A stretch of DNA of 63,782 nt, counting the filler, from an uncultured Ignavibacteriales bacterium (GTDB taxonomy: Bacteria; Zixibacteria; MSB-5A5; GN15; JAAZOE01): NCBI GenBank assembly GCA_964611355.1. It is 3 parts of 3 records of this genome, joined end to end, with 100 filler letters (N's around TTAATTAATTAA, not from the genome) between each part and the next. Parts side by side here need not be neighbours in the genome. Positions count along the whole stretch, not along the records: positions 26,605 to 52,850 come from CAZSYD010000031.1; 2 more parts are not named here. The stretch is one strand, 5' to 3'. The notes under the pieces are model-generated. The model worked only from the letters and a program-made list of their open reading frames with translations, was not told the DNA's origin and searched no databases. Positions 26,701 to 36,521 of this stretch are shown piece after piece. The first letter of the stretch is position 1. Each line of letters starts with the position of its first letter. A program made the translations under genes and the position numbers.

Positions 26701-29700
26701 TTATTTCACAGGTCCACATTTTGGCGGACAACCAATCGGAGGATTAGTTGCACACTGTCCCGGCTTGAAGACGAAGTTGTTGATGTATGTCGCGTCACCG
26801 AGGTTGACCGCACCGTCATTGTTGGCGTCACCGGCAGAGCCGCAATCAGGCGGACAACCAATAGGAGGATTAGTTACACACTGTCCCGGTTTGAAGACGA
26901 AGTTGTTGATGTATGTTGCGTCGCCAAGGTTGCAGGCTCCATCATTATTGGCGTCGCCTGCAACTTTGCAGCAGAACAGCTTCAAGGTCTCGCTATAATC
27001 GAATGCGGCTGCCATCTGGTCCCTGTAATCGAGGCCTTTGGCGCCGCTTTCAATAGAAGTGATAAGGGCAAAAACATAGTCGTAGTGTTGGCCGCGAACC
27101 ATGTCAACAGTTTCAAAGGTAACGCCCGCGTGCAGATCAATCAATGAATCCCGATCCGGCTGTGTCCACTTGTTAAAACCGGTTTTGATCATTTCATCGT
27201 AAAGGAAGCCTCTCCTGAACGAAGATCCCTGTTGAACCGGCGAATTATGGGATGTCCAACCGTTCTTGAACTGGCCGTTAAGGAAAACAATACCGCCGAA
27301 GCGATCATTCTCGGCAATATCGCAGATGCCTTCATTGTCGACATGATACTCGGCGCCGTAATTCCATAGGGTGCTGATGTATGAAGTATCGTTGCCTCGA
27401 ATCATCATGGTATCAAGATAACCGGAACCGTTGTCGACGTTCGAGTCAGCCGGAATATCCCAGTCCGTTATAAAGCCGATGTTGACGTCTTCGACTATGT
27501 CAACCGGGCAAGCATCCCACAGGTAGAAGTTCATCTTGCCGACGACAAAGTCATTGCCGTCGTTCGGGAACCAGAGCCGCACGTCACAGCCAAAGATGGA
27601 ATCGGACGTACAGACGGTGTAGCTTGCAAATGTATGATTGGTCTCGTAATCGACACTGAGGTCGGTCTGAGGCCGCCAGGTGCGGTCCTCCGTGAAGATC
27701 TGTGTCCAGATGGTGGTGTAATCCATTTTATCGGTGCCGTCCAGCCAGCTTATCATCGGCGAAGCATCGTAGAGCCAGCAAGAAGTGTTAGGATACTGAT
27801 CCACAGTATCGCAGTCGCCGTCAGGCGGTGCGCCTTTGGGGAAACCAAGGGTAGCGTAATCCTCGTCACCTCCCAAGCGGCCGGTGTTGAAGACCTTCAG
27901 GTTTTTGATGGTAGTGTTCAAAATGGCGTCCTGCGGCATATCGAAATCAGACGCAACCGTCAGGTGGACCGGAATGGAGTCGGGGGTGGATTGGGCGTCG
28001 GTCGCAGCGATAATATAAGCATCCCAACCCGAGGGATTGGTTGTGAGGACGCCACCAAGGTTGAGCGTTAGAGCGACCATCTGCGTGTTGCTGGCGCCGG
28101 AGGGGATGCTCAGAGCGGCCGTCTGGGCTCCTCCTTCGAAACCTATCCATCCGCTGCCGTCAACGTATCCGATTTGCAACTCTCCTGTCAGCAGAGAGTT
28201 CCCGATATTGATTATGGTCATATCGGTATTGAGCGGCACTCCGGGTTGGGTATGTGTCGGATCTACGTAGCTGCTGACTTCAAAGGCGATTTTCGGGGCC
28301 AGGTTGATGAGACGACATGGAGTTCTCAGGTGCATAACCGGGTTGGTGCACCAGATACCCTCGCCCTGCGGAATACCGCCGGCGCTCTTGTCGTTGACGT
28401 AAAGTATATCAAGCGTATCGTAGCCCGTATAAATCATTCCGTAACGGGCCATCGATGACCAGTGGTCGCTTTCGCAACTGGAGTCGGTGCAATTGGGAGT
28501 CGGGGAGTCGGTCAGGTTGGTCGGATTATCCCAGGTCAGGCCGTTGTCATTGGAGACCGCCAGCATCAGTTCGCCGTTGGCGTAGCCGAGGTTGGAGCAG
28601 TCATTGAGAGTGTACCGGGTGCCAAACTGCGTCCACAAGGAATACAGCTTATCATCGCACCAGGAGATTGACGGCTTGGCGATATACATGTTCCAGACGC
28701 CCGCGTCGCAGATCATATTCTGACCGATTTTCATGGTGTGACGAGCCTCGGCGATAATACGGGCATTAGGAATATCGGTAGACCAGTGAATCAGACGAGA
28801 CTTGTAATTTTCGTAGGTGTTTTTGTCGATAAGCTCGCGTGCCGGCCAGATGATATGCAGGTTGCCGTCAGGGCTCCAGCAGGCCGAAAGGTCGCTGTAG
28901 GCGCGCCAGAGAGAATCCTCATCTGGAGGTGTGTTTATCTGGTACTTGGAAACGCAATAGCGGCCGGCCGTGTTGGTTAGCGGCCCCTCGTCAGTCCGGT
29001 CGGTTTGGTCCCACGTAGCTCCCTGGTTGGTGGAAAGCATGTACCAGACATCAAGATCGGTCTGCGAACCGGAGCCTTCCTCCTCGCCCCGGCGGTCATC
29101 GGTATAAACGATGGCAACCCGATCGGAATTGGGATCGGCGACAACGGTATAAGACAGGTCGGTTACGGTTTCGATATAAGTGCCGTTGTCGAACTGGTTT
29201 GGCATATTGTATTCATCTTCTCCGACCGACCGGTAGAGAATCATATCCTCACTGGCTTCATAGACGTGGGTCAGCATATAGACAACCGTTTCGGTCGGTC
29301 CTTTGCCTCCGGCATGATGTACATCAACGATCGGCCAGATGGTTTCCATGTCGTCGATGTACCATTCGGCTTCAGGATCCGGCTGAGCGACCCGAATATC
29401 CGAAAAAAGGCATGCGGCGGGAGTATAATCGACATACAGCCAGCAGTTGTAATGGCCGGCCTCGGGATCGGTGTGAGCCCCAACTGCACCGAGTCCGTAA
29501 TCCCAGACGGCAATCGAAGTATAACCGGAATAGTAATTTGTGATCATCGCGCCACCCTGTGCAGCAGCGTAGGCGCCCTGAGCCACAATCCAAGCATTCC
29601 ACTTGATGCCGCGGTCGCCGGGGATAGTCTTGTTGTCCTGGGCCATCCAGCAAAACTGAATAATCTGATTAACCGGGTCGGTTACCAGTTGCCGGCCCAT

Positions 29701-29967
29701 GCTGCCATTGTGCTGATAGTCATAGGTGCTGTAACCGGCAATATTACCGGCAGCCTGAACATCTTTCAGGCCAAGAGGTATTTGCGGGGCAGTCATATTG
29801 GGTTTCTGCCCCATTGGCCGTTCAAACGGAATCATGTACTTGGGCGCACGATCCTGCTTGAACCATGTCCGTTGAGACGGATCATCGGCCGCACCGTACA
29901 GACTGGCCGCCAAAAATACGCCAATCAGTAGGGTGCATAATAAAACAACGGAAAGCTTGTTGCGCAT
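26701..29967 (-). CDS. Large secreted protein: probable beta-propeller with Asp-boxes, Ig-like domain, C-terminal twin dockerin-like Ca-binding repeat
   Basis: Signal peptide; SD TAGGAGG; 'STNQGATW' and 'SNDNGLTW'; two copies of 'GDANNDGAxNLGDATYINNFVFK'. Confidence 0.8.
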   Translation of the reverse strand: MRNKLSVVLLCTLLIGVFLAASLYGAADDPSQRTWFKQDRAPKYMIPFERPMGQKPNMTAPQIPLGLKDVQAAGNIAGYSTYDYQHNGSMGRQLVTDPVNQIIQFCWMAQDNKTIPGDRGIKWNAWIVAQGAYAAAQGGAMITNYYSGYTSIAVWDYGLGAVGAHTDPEAGHYNCWLYVDYTPAACLFSDIRVAQPDPEAEWYIDDMETIWPIVDVHHAGGKGPTETVVYMLTHVYEASEDMILYRSVGEDEYNMPNQFDNGTYIETVTDLSYTVVADPNSDRVAIVYTDDRRGEEEGSGSQTDLDVWYMLSTNQGATWDQTDRTDEGPLTNTAGRYCVSKYQINTPPDEDSLWRAYSDLSACWSPDGNLHIIWPARELIDKNTYENYKSRLIHWSTDIPNARIIAEARHTMKIGQNMICDAGVWNMYIAKPSISWCDDKLYSLWTQFGTRYTLNDCSNLGYANGELMLAVSNDNGLTWDNPTNLTDSPTPNCTDSSCESDHWSSMARYGMIYTGYDTLDILYVNDKSAGGIPQGEGIWCTNPVMHLRTPCRLINLAPKIAFEVSSYVDPTHTQPGVPLNTDMTIINIGNSLLTGELQIGYVDGSGWIGFEGGAQTAALSIPSGASNTQMVALTLNLGGVLTTNPSGWDAYIIAATDAQSTPDSIPVHLTVASDFDMPQDAILNTTIKNLKVFNTGRLGGDEDYATLGFPKGAPPDGDCDTVDQYPNTSCWLYDASPMISWLDGTDKMDYTTIWTQIFTEDRTWRPQTDLSVDYETNHTFASYTVCTSDSIFGCDVRLWFPNDGNDFVVGKMNFYLWDACPVDIVEDVNIGFITDWDIPADSNVDNGSGYLDTMMIRGNDTSYISTLWNYGAEYHVDNEGICDIAENDRFGGIVFLNGQFKNGWTSHNSPVQQGSSFRRGFLYDEMIKTGFNKWTQPDRDSLIDLHAGVTFETVDMVRGQHYDYVFALITSIESGAKGLDYRDQMAAAFDYSETLKLFCCKVAGDANNDGACNLGDATYINNFVFKPGQCVTNPPIGCPPDCGSAGDANNDGAVNLGDATYINNFVFKPGQCATNPPIGCPPKCGPVK

Positions 29968-30057
29968 TGCCCATCCTCCTAAGCGTTTAAGGTACCATGC
30001 AGTTAAGATTTAACGTGCAGTAAAGGGTTTTAAGCCTAAACCTACTACTATAGAATA

Positions 30058-30085
30058 AATATACTTATTCGGCAGCGGATGTCAA
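30058..30085 (-). promoter_or_regulatory. Sigma70-like promoter of the dockerin-tailed gene
   Basis: TTGACA-N16-TATATT on the minus strand. Confidence 0.55.
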
Positions 30086-30384
30086 GATATTATTCCCGAA
30101 TTGCCTTGGGATTTCCTCACAAAAAAGGTAACCGAAAGCAGGCTGTCAGAGGCGCCAAGCCGGGACTTGAAGCGATAGCCTGCGTTTTCAAACTTCTCCG
30201 TTCCGATTACGACAGCGACGATCTGGAACGGGAAATAGAGGCCGAAGCCGAAAAACCGGAAGCCAAGGCCGAGAAATTGGAAATCAAGCCGGAAAAAATC
30301 GAAGAAATGGCCGAGAATCTGCAGGATCTACATAAAGATTTAATCGACGAGATCCCGGAGTTGGCCGAGTTGGACTGGTATTAA
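30079..30384 (+). pseudogene. Probable 5'-truncated remnant of a coiled-coil protein (resembles the YggN/DUF2884 C-terminus)
   Basis: The protein-like 3' part reads 'LEREIEAEAEK...AENLQDLH..L..EIPEL'; the ATG sits inside the opposite-strand -35 box and has no SD. Confidence 0.35.
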
Positions 30385-30460
30385 GTCAAATCTCAGTGAC
30401 CCCTTTCTTATATCCCGGCAAGGCTTCCCTGTTCTTTTGTAGCCGGATGAAATAAGCAAC

Positions 30461-31009
30461 CTACAATCCCAATACGTCGCTTATCCGCAGCATACTTTCT
30501 CTTATCAGACCCAGAAATTCGGGCAGTTCAAGGCCCAAATTCGAGCAGGCGGCGATGTTTTCCCGCGACGCTCCGGCGGCGAACCGTTTCTCCTTGAATC
30601 GCCGCAACATAAAATCGGTATCGACCCCGGCCAGTTTTTTCCCGGGATGCATCAGGGCGCAGGCGACGATAAAACCGGTCGTCGGATCGGTAGCGAAGAG
30701 CGCCCAGTCAAGCCGCGTCCGGCAGGGAGTATGCCCCGGATGACAGCGGATGGCGTCTATTATCTCCTGCGGCAGATTGTAAGGCTTGAGCCACTCTTCG
30801 GTTATAAAAGTATGCTTGCTCGGTTCTTTGACCGTTTTGTCGTAGTCAAGATCATGCAAAAGCCCGGTCAGCCCCCACAATTCGACGTCTTCGTCGAAAT
30901 ATTCCGCCAGACGGATCATCCCCGCCTCGACGGCATAGATATGCTTGCGGAGATTAATATTTTTGACCTTGCTTTCGACAAGTTCGACAGCTTCTTTGCG
31001 CGAAATCAT
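30461..31009 (-). CDS. HD-domain (HDIG-like) phosphohydrolase
   Basis: 'NLRKH..AVE', 'GLLHDLDY', 'FAAGASRE'; GAGG precedes the ATG at 31009. Confidence 0.85.
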   Translation of the reverse strand: MISRKEAVELVESKVKNINLRKHIYAVEAGMIRLAEYFDEDVELWGLTGLLHDLDYDKTVKEPSKHTFITEEWLKPYNLPQEIIDAIRCHPGHTPCRTRLDWALFATDPTTGFIVACALMHPGKKLAGVDTDFMLRRFKEKRFAAGASRENIAACSNLGLELPEFLGLIRESMLRISDVLGL

Positions 31010-31016
31010 GATAACC

Positions 31017-33056
31017 TCAATCAAGAAACTTCCAGTTAAATCCCCAGCTATAAAACCAGCCCGAATAACCGTAACCTTCCGGCTGAAGATGAACCTGGTT
31101 GAGTAAATTATGAATCATGTAATAAAACGTCAGCGCCTTGAGCGATGCGTTAAATCCGCCGGTTACAACGGCGCCGGTCTCCAGTTCGGCCAGTTTATAC
31201 GATAAGGGTTTTTCGGCATATGTTACATCGCCGAAAAGGCGCAGATGAACCTGATATTTTTCGACGTAATGCCTTACCCCTAATTGACTGTAAACCTGCC
31301 AGCGGGGGGAATACGGCGGGCGGTTGCCGTAGCGGTCGGAATCGACTCGGCGACCGGTAAGCGATGCTTTGAAGAAAAACGGCCCGATTTCGTTTATCGA
31401 ACCGCTCAGGTTCAGATCGGCGAATTTGGTATTGTCGTTATCTGGAAAAACCTCGCCGGCCGGATACTTGTCAAAGCGCCGATCATAATAAATAATATCA
31501 TCCGCCATTCCGGTATTAAGCGAAACGGAAACCGCGGCGTTGCCGTTATCATACGAAATCGCCGCGTTGCCGGTCAGTTTTTTCTCCGAGACCAAATCCG
31601 GGTTGCCGCGTTCGCAATAGTTCCCCGCTATCTGCGAGGTTCCGATAGCGCCGATTTTCTCGGGAGCAAAGCGGTCGGTCAGATCAGGCCAGCGGGTTAA
31701 AAATCCGACCGAAAGGATCGTCCGCCATCGACCGACAATACTTTTGGCCAGCCCGGCCGCGCCTTCAATGCCGATGTCCTCACCTTTTGCTTTTCGCAGG
31801 CGGCTAAAGAAAAAAAGCCTGCCGCCAAAACGGTCGATTATGCCCGCAAGAAACGCGCACCCGTAATTCCGGCTGTGATAAAGATGGTCGATATCGCATT
31901 GCTGTTTACCGGCTTTGATTGTCAGTTGATAGAGTCCTCGCTCTCGCGGCAGAAGATACGACAGTTCAAAATCGGTAAAGCGCGGTTTGATGTTCCGGTA
32001 AACCGGCGAAGTGTAAGCCGAGTAGGCTGATTTGGATGACCCGTATTCAAAACGGCTGATTAACTGTCCGCCATAAAATTCCTGTCGGGTTACCGAGGCG
32101 ATAAACTGCCGGTCGCGCCGCAGGCGGCGAAAGTCATAACCACCTAGGACAGGTTGTACGGGAAAACCACCCTTGCGCCGATGCACGTTTACATAGAAAT
32201 CAAGAGTTGTTCTGCGGCCATACTTTTTAAGCAGGTGAGTCTTAACATAATAGCTGTCATCGTCAGCTGAAGTGATAAGTCCATCCCCCTTGCGATAATC
32301 GGTCGCAAACGAAAAGCCGAATCCGTGGGCAAACATCCGCGCGATACGGGCTCGCGTATAAGCGTAACCGTAAGCGCCCCGCTCCACTGTGAATTCCGAT
32401 TCGGGAACCTCCGGCGGTATCTGAGACGGCTCCAGATACAGCATGGAAATCCCACCATCAAGAGAAGCGAAAGCCGACAGCGGACCTTCGATAATACTTG
32501 CCGAGGCGACATCAGCGGTGGGAATATCATCAAAATCAAGCCGTCCGTCAGCCGGAATTATACGATCAAAGGGACGCATCCGGTTTGCCCCCGATTGGAT
32601 ATTTATTTGACCGGCAGGCAATCCGAACGGCGAAACTGTCGTCCGAAGCGGCGTTTCGTGACAGGTCATGGTAAAATAGGATGCTTCGTGGTATAAAAAG
32701 CCGGCCCCGTTGCGCGGATAAAGATCAAGATATTTGACGTCATATTTGTACGCATGTTGCCCAAAATACCGAGCAAGGCTATCGACCAGACGGGCGGGAG
32801 GCGGAAGCGGCTCTTCCGGTTCTTTAACCGATACTTCCGGCAAACCCAGTGTGTCGATCGCCGCCTGGGCGCTGTCGGTCAACAAGGTGTCAGATTCGCG
32901 CAACGGCAGTGAAAGAGCCGTTGTATCCGCCGAAGTTGAATCGGTACTCATACTGTCAGCGGGCGCGGATATTTCATCATCGGACAAAGCGGCGCCGGCC
33001 AAAAGAATAACCATTGCCGGAATCAGAGTCAAACATATATGCCTTATCGTTATCAA
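31017..33056 (-). CDS. Outer-membrane beta-barrel protein, TonB-dependent receptor-like (divergent plug)
   Basis: Signal peptide; 'IIEGP.S' plug-like motif; 'GNPDL..E'; 'NLLN'; terminal 'WGFNWKF'. Confidence 0.6.
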   Translation of the reverse strand: MITIRHICLTLIPAMVILLAGAALSDDEISAPADSMSTDSTSADTTALSLPLRESDTLLTDSAQAAIDTLGLPEVSVKEPEEPLPPPARLVDSLARYFGQHAYKYDVKYLDLYPRNGAGFLYHEASYFTMTCHETPLRTTVSPFGLPAGQINIQSGANRMRPFDRIIPADGRLDFDDIPTADVASASIIEGPLSAFASLDGGISMLYLEPSQIPPEVPESEFTVERGAYGYAYTRARIARMFAHGFGFSFATDYRKGDGLITSADDDSYYVKTHLLKKYGRRTTLDFYVNVHRRKGGFPVQPVLGGYDFRRLRRDRQFIASVTRQEFYGGQLISRFEYGSSKSAYSAYTSPVYRNIKPRFTDFELSYLLPRERGLYQLTIKAGKQQCDIDHLYHSRNYGCAFLAGIIDRFGGRLFFFSRLRKAKGEDIGIEGAAGLAKSIVGRWRTILSVGFLTRWPDLTDRFAPEKIGAIGTSQIAGNYCERGNPDLVSEKKLTGNAAISYDNGNAAVSVSLNTGMADDIIYYDRRFDKYPAGEVFPDNDNTKFADLNLSGSINEIGPFFFKASLTGRRVDSDRYGNRPPYSPRWQVYSQLGVRHYVEKYQVHLRLFGDVTYAEKPLSYKLAELETGAVVTGGFNASLKALTFYYMIHNLLNQVHLQPEGYGYSGWFYSWGFNWKFLD

Positions 33057-33577
33057 TACCTTCGCTCCCGGTTCTCAAGCCTGACCAGCAGAGGATAACA
33101 AACGGGAAAGATAATCGCGTTGGAAAGAATAGTCAAAAGCGCAAACGATAAATTGGACAAAATCGACGGCCAGAAAGGGCCATATAACCAAGCCAGTACA
33201 AGGCTGACAATGATCTGAAAGACCAGACCGGCCGCCAGCCCCAAAAGACCGAAAATAAAAAAACCATGTGATACGACTTTTCTTACAACCGACGAACCGG
33301 CCATTGTCGCCCCCAAGCCGCCCACCAGCATCATCCCGACAATTTGGGAAATAGTAGTCGGCACAGAAGCCATGCCGTATGGATTAAAAACCGTCCAGAG
33401 AAACATGCCAAGGCCGCCGACGGTTAGTCCGGCGGTCAGGCCGAAAAGCGCCCCGGCGGTAAAAACGACAATAAAGATAAGACTGACATTGGGAATATAG
33501 ACGCTGACCAGAGCCGAAACATACGCCAGGGCGGAAAATAATGCCACCCTGGCGGCAAACTTCCCATCAGTTTTCAT
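33053..33577 (-). CDS. ECF transporter S-component
   Basis: 174 aa, 5-6 TM; 'A..A...AL' in helix 1; 'IPNV', 'G..FG...G..VG', 'FNPYG'. Confidence 0.7.
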   Translation of the reverse strand: MKTDGKFAARVALFSALAYVSALVSVYIPNVSLIFIVVFTAGALFGLTAGLTVGGLGMFLWTVFNPYGMASVPTTISQIVGMMLVGGLGATMAGSSVVRKVVSHGFFIFGLLGLAAGLVFQIIVSLVLAWLYGPFWPSILSNLSFALLTILSNAIIFPVCYPLLVRLENRERRY

Positions 33578-35679
33578 CGCAGGACAACGAACTTTTTAAC
33601 CTCGGTTTTCCCCGCAAACTCAATAATCGCCAGATAAGCTCCCGCCGCCACCGTTTTGCCTTCTTCGTTGGTAAAATCCCATTCAACGACCGCCGCGCCG
33701 GCCTCAACCGATTGCGGATCGAAATCTTTTACTTTTTCCCCGGCAATGTTGAAAATCGTAACTGTCATAACATCATTCTCGCCGGCCGATTCGGTCGCCT
33801 GCTCGGCTTTGAAAGTAATAAATTCGACGTTTTGCACCCAGGCCGGATTGGGATAAGGCTCCCGGATTCTATCTTCACCTACCGAGAGGATAGAAAAAAC
33901 AGAATCGGATACATCATACTGCGAAGCGTTATCGGCGTCGGAAATACGGATCAGACAGGAGTCGGACGGGCTGTCCGGAACCGTCCAATCATAGACGAAA
34001 TCATTTTCGGTGGTATCCTGCGTGAACCACGTCTGTCCATTATCCGGCGACAATTCGATCACGACTGTCGATACTGAATCGCCATAATACCACGCGATTT
34101 GATAGGACGTGCCGGAATATATGTTCTCACCGCCGTTCGGCTGAAAAACCCCCTCTTCCAGAGGGGTGATGTTCATCGTATAGCCAGCTTCCCATTCGTC
34201 GCCTCCCAGTACTGACGGTATCAGCACAATTTTGTCAAACTCAGATGTATTCGAAATAAAAACGCTTCTGGTTGACGAATCGTAAACCGTCGTGTCGACA
34301 AACACCGGCTGGCAAGTATCGGAGACGTCAACAGGCAGGCCAACCACGGTAAGTCCCCAGGGTTGGGTAGAGTCAGGCTGGAAGACAAGTACCAGACTGG
34401 ACGGTACTGATGAAAGGTTAGTAAGCAAGATATAATTGGCGCCGAGGTTATCAGGAAGCACGCTGTCGGGGACGGAAACCACCGCAGGGTAACTGTTTAC
34501 CTGAGCGGCATATGTTATTCGTGCGTAGTTTATCGCCTCAGGGAAGTAGCTCCCGGTGCGCGCCCATGTTCCGGTAAAGAGATTCCAGAGGGTAAACCTG
34601 CGATACATTTCCCGCATATTAAGCGAATCATCCGATGCCGCTCGAATCGCTTCGTCGGTGGCCTGCCACCAGTTGGGGCCGGGCACGTCGCCGCAGATTT
34701 CCCAGATATTTCTTATTATTTTCACCCCGAAATGCTCCTTCAGAAAAAGCGGCCAGACCACCGATCCGTACATATGCAGGTTTTGCCAGTTCTGAAGCGT
34801 ATTGAATGGCTTCTGGTAGCCGGTTCGCAGCGACCACTGAGGAACGGCGTAATAATAAAGCAAATAATTGTAATAATCATTGACGCTGGTGTAATGTTCC
34901 TCTTCCATGAATACAGCCGACATTTCAATCCAGGCGGAGCTCATGGAATTACCGGATCCTTCCGTTTCGGTAATATCAATGGCAAATTGCACCGAATGGG
35001 AAAATTCGTGAGCACAGGTCACCCGAAGGGCGAGGATATTCAGATCGCCCTCATACCCCAGAAAACCATTATAGTCATTTTCCAGCAGAATATAGGTGGT
35101 GGCGGTCAGGGGAAGCGTCGCCTGCACCTCATCAATCACCGTGGCGCCATAGTAGGACATATTAACAAAATATACATCCATGCGGCCGTCGCCGCCGCCG
35201 CTGTAGTAACCGTCCGAGAGCGGCGGGTCAAACCCCAGATCGCCTATGAGCGTATCGCCGGTCTGATGCTGATAAACGTATTCAAGAATCTGTCCGCCGC
35301 GGACGATATAATCGGGCGTCCCCGGCTCCAGTGTCTGTTGACTAAAGTGATAGACGGCATAAGACCCGTTATCCGTATAATGCAGCAGGAAATGATCGGT
35401 GCCATAAGTATAAGACAGGCTGTCGTGACGATCAAAAAGCTCTGTCGGTAAAGCGGCTCCGGCAGGCCGATTCATGACGAGATATTGCATCAGGGGCGTG
35501 CCCGATTTAATCGGCGCCGCCTGACCGGCCGCCACAAGTTCGGCATATTCCGCGTAATACGCGGTCAATTCGGCCGTCATTTGCTCCCACTCCTCGACTG
35601 TCATTTCTCCGGCCAAAGAGAAACCGCTCAGAAGCAGTAATATCAAAAGAAAGACTGTCTTTTTCACGTCAAACTCCAA
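33574..35679 (-). CDS. Secreted zinc metalloprotease (MXAN_6640-like) with Ig domain and FlgD-like tail
   Basis: 'HF.LHY', 'AHEFSHSVQ', 'W.E..A.FMEE', 'PNGGE', 'PYPNP...KKFVVLR'. Confidence 0.75.
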   Translation of the reverse strand: MEFDVKKTVFLLILLLLSGFSLAGEMTVEEWEQMTAELTAYYAEYAELVAAGQAAPIKSGTPLMQYLVMNRPAGAALPTELFDRHDSLSYTYGTDHFLLHYTDNGSYAVYHFSQQTLEPGTPDYIVRGGQILEYVYQHQTGDTLIGDLGFDPPLSDGYYSGGGDGRMDVYFVNMSYYGATVIDEVQATLPLTATTYILLENDYNGFLGYEGDLNILALRVTCAHEFSHSVQFAIDITETEGSGNSMSSAWIEMSAVFMEEEHYTSVNDYYNYLLYYYAVPQWSLRTGYQKPFNTLQNWQNLHMYGSVVWPLFLKEHFGVKIIRNIWEICGDVPGPNWWQATDEAIRAASDDSLNMREMYRRFTLWNLFTGTWARTGSYFPEAINYARITYAAQVNSYPAVVSVPDSVLPDNLGANYILLTNLSSVPSSLVLVFQPDSTQPWGLTVVGLPVDVSDTCQPVFVDTTVYDSSTRSVFISNTSEFDKIVLIPSVLGGDEWEAGYTMNITPLEEGVFQPNGGENIYSGTSYQIAWYYGDSVSTVVIELSPDNGQTWFTQDTTENDFVYDWTVPDSPSDSCLIRISDADNASQYDVSDSVFSILSVGEDRIREPYPNPAWVQNVEFITFKAEQATESAGENDVMTVTIFNIAGEKVKDFDPQSVEAGAAVVEWDFTNEEGKTVAAGAYLAIIEFAGKTEVKKFVVLR

Positions 35680-35693
35680 TCGTAACTTCGCTC

Positions 35694-36521
35694 TCAGGCA
35701 TATCGTCGGTGCCTGGTCTTTATTTCCGCCAGGTAGTCGAAGGGAACTTTTTCTTCACCGATATCCCCGTATCTTCCCTTTCGGTTATGCGAATCGGAAC
35801 CGCCGCTGAGAAACAGGCCAAATCTTTCGGCCGTCTTTCGATACCTTTTCCGGTCGGCCGCATTATGAACCGGATGAAAAATCTCAAGACCGTCCAGACC
35901 GCAACGCACCAACTCTTCAATTATCTCATCCCGTCCGATCAGGCCCGGGTGGGCCATTACCGCCACGCCACCTGCACCGTGAATAAGATCGATCGCCTCG
36001 GTTGGCGTCAGCTTGGCCTTGGGCACATAAACCGGGCCGCCGGTAAACAGGTATTTCTCAAAGGCTTCGTTATAGGACGAAACCAGACCGCTTTTGACCA
36101 TCGCCTCGGCCACGTGCGGCCGGCCCACCGGGGCATGCCCGGCGGCTTTGAGAACTTCGTCGAAGTCAACAACCATGCCTATTTCGGCCAAGCGTTCCGT
36201 CATCTTTTTTCCCCGCTCAAGCCTGATGCGCCGAAACTTCTCCAGCATTTCCAGAAGCCGCGCGTCATCCGAGCGAAACAGGTACCCGAGGATATGAATA
36301 TCTTCGTCCGACCTGGTTGCCGAAAGCTCCACGCCTGAAATCAGTTCAATGTTCTTTCCCTGAACATACACAATCGCCTCCTCATAACCGGAAACGGCAT
36401 CATGATCGGTAATCGATATCGCCTTCAAGCCAAGTTCAATGGCCCGGTCAACTATTTCCCGGGGCGATTGTCGACCATCGGAATGGTCGCTGTGTATGTG
36501 CAGGTCAATATAGTCAGGCAT
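35694..36521 (-). CDS. PHP-domain phosphoesterase (YciV/TrpH-like)
   Basis: 'DLHIHS..SDG', 'TDHD', 'GRPH', 'AHPG', 'GGSDSH'. Confidence 0.9.
   Translation of the reverse strand: MPDYIDLHIHSDHSDGRQSPREIVDRAIELGLKAISITDHDAVSGYEEAIVYVQGKNIELISGVELSATRSDEDIHILGYLFRSDDARLLEMLEKFRRIRLERGKKMTERLAEIGMVVDFDEVLKAAGHAPVGRPHVAEAMVKSGLVSSYNEAFEKYLFTGGPVYVPKAKLTPTEAIDLIHGAGGVAVMAHPGLIGRDEIIEELVRCGLDGLEIFHPVHNAADRKRYRKTAERFGLFLSGGSDSHNRKGRYGDIGEEKVPFDYLAEIKTRHRRYA

Noticed and set aside
26720..26960. CRISPR-like repeats
   Set aside because: Only two copies, in-frame dockerin duplication, no cas genes. No CRISPR array was seen anywhere in the window.
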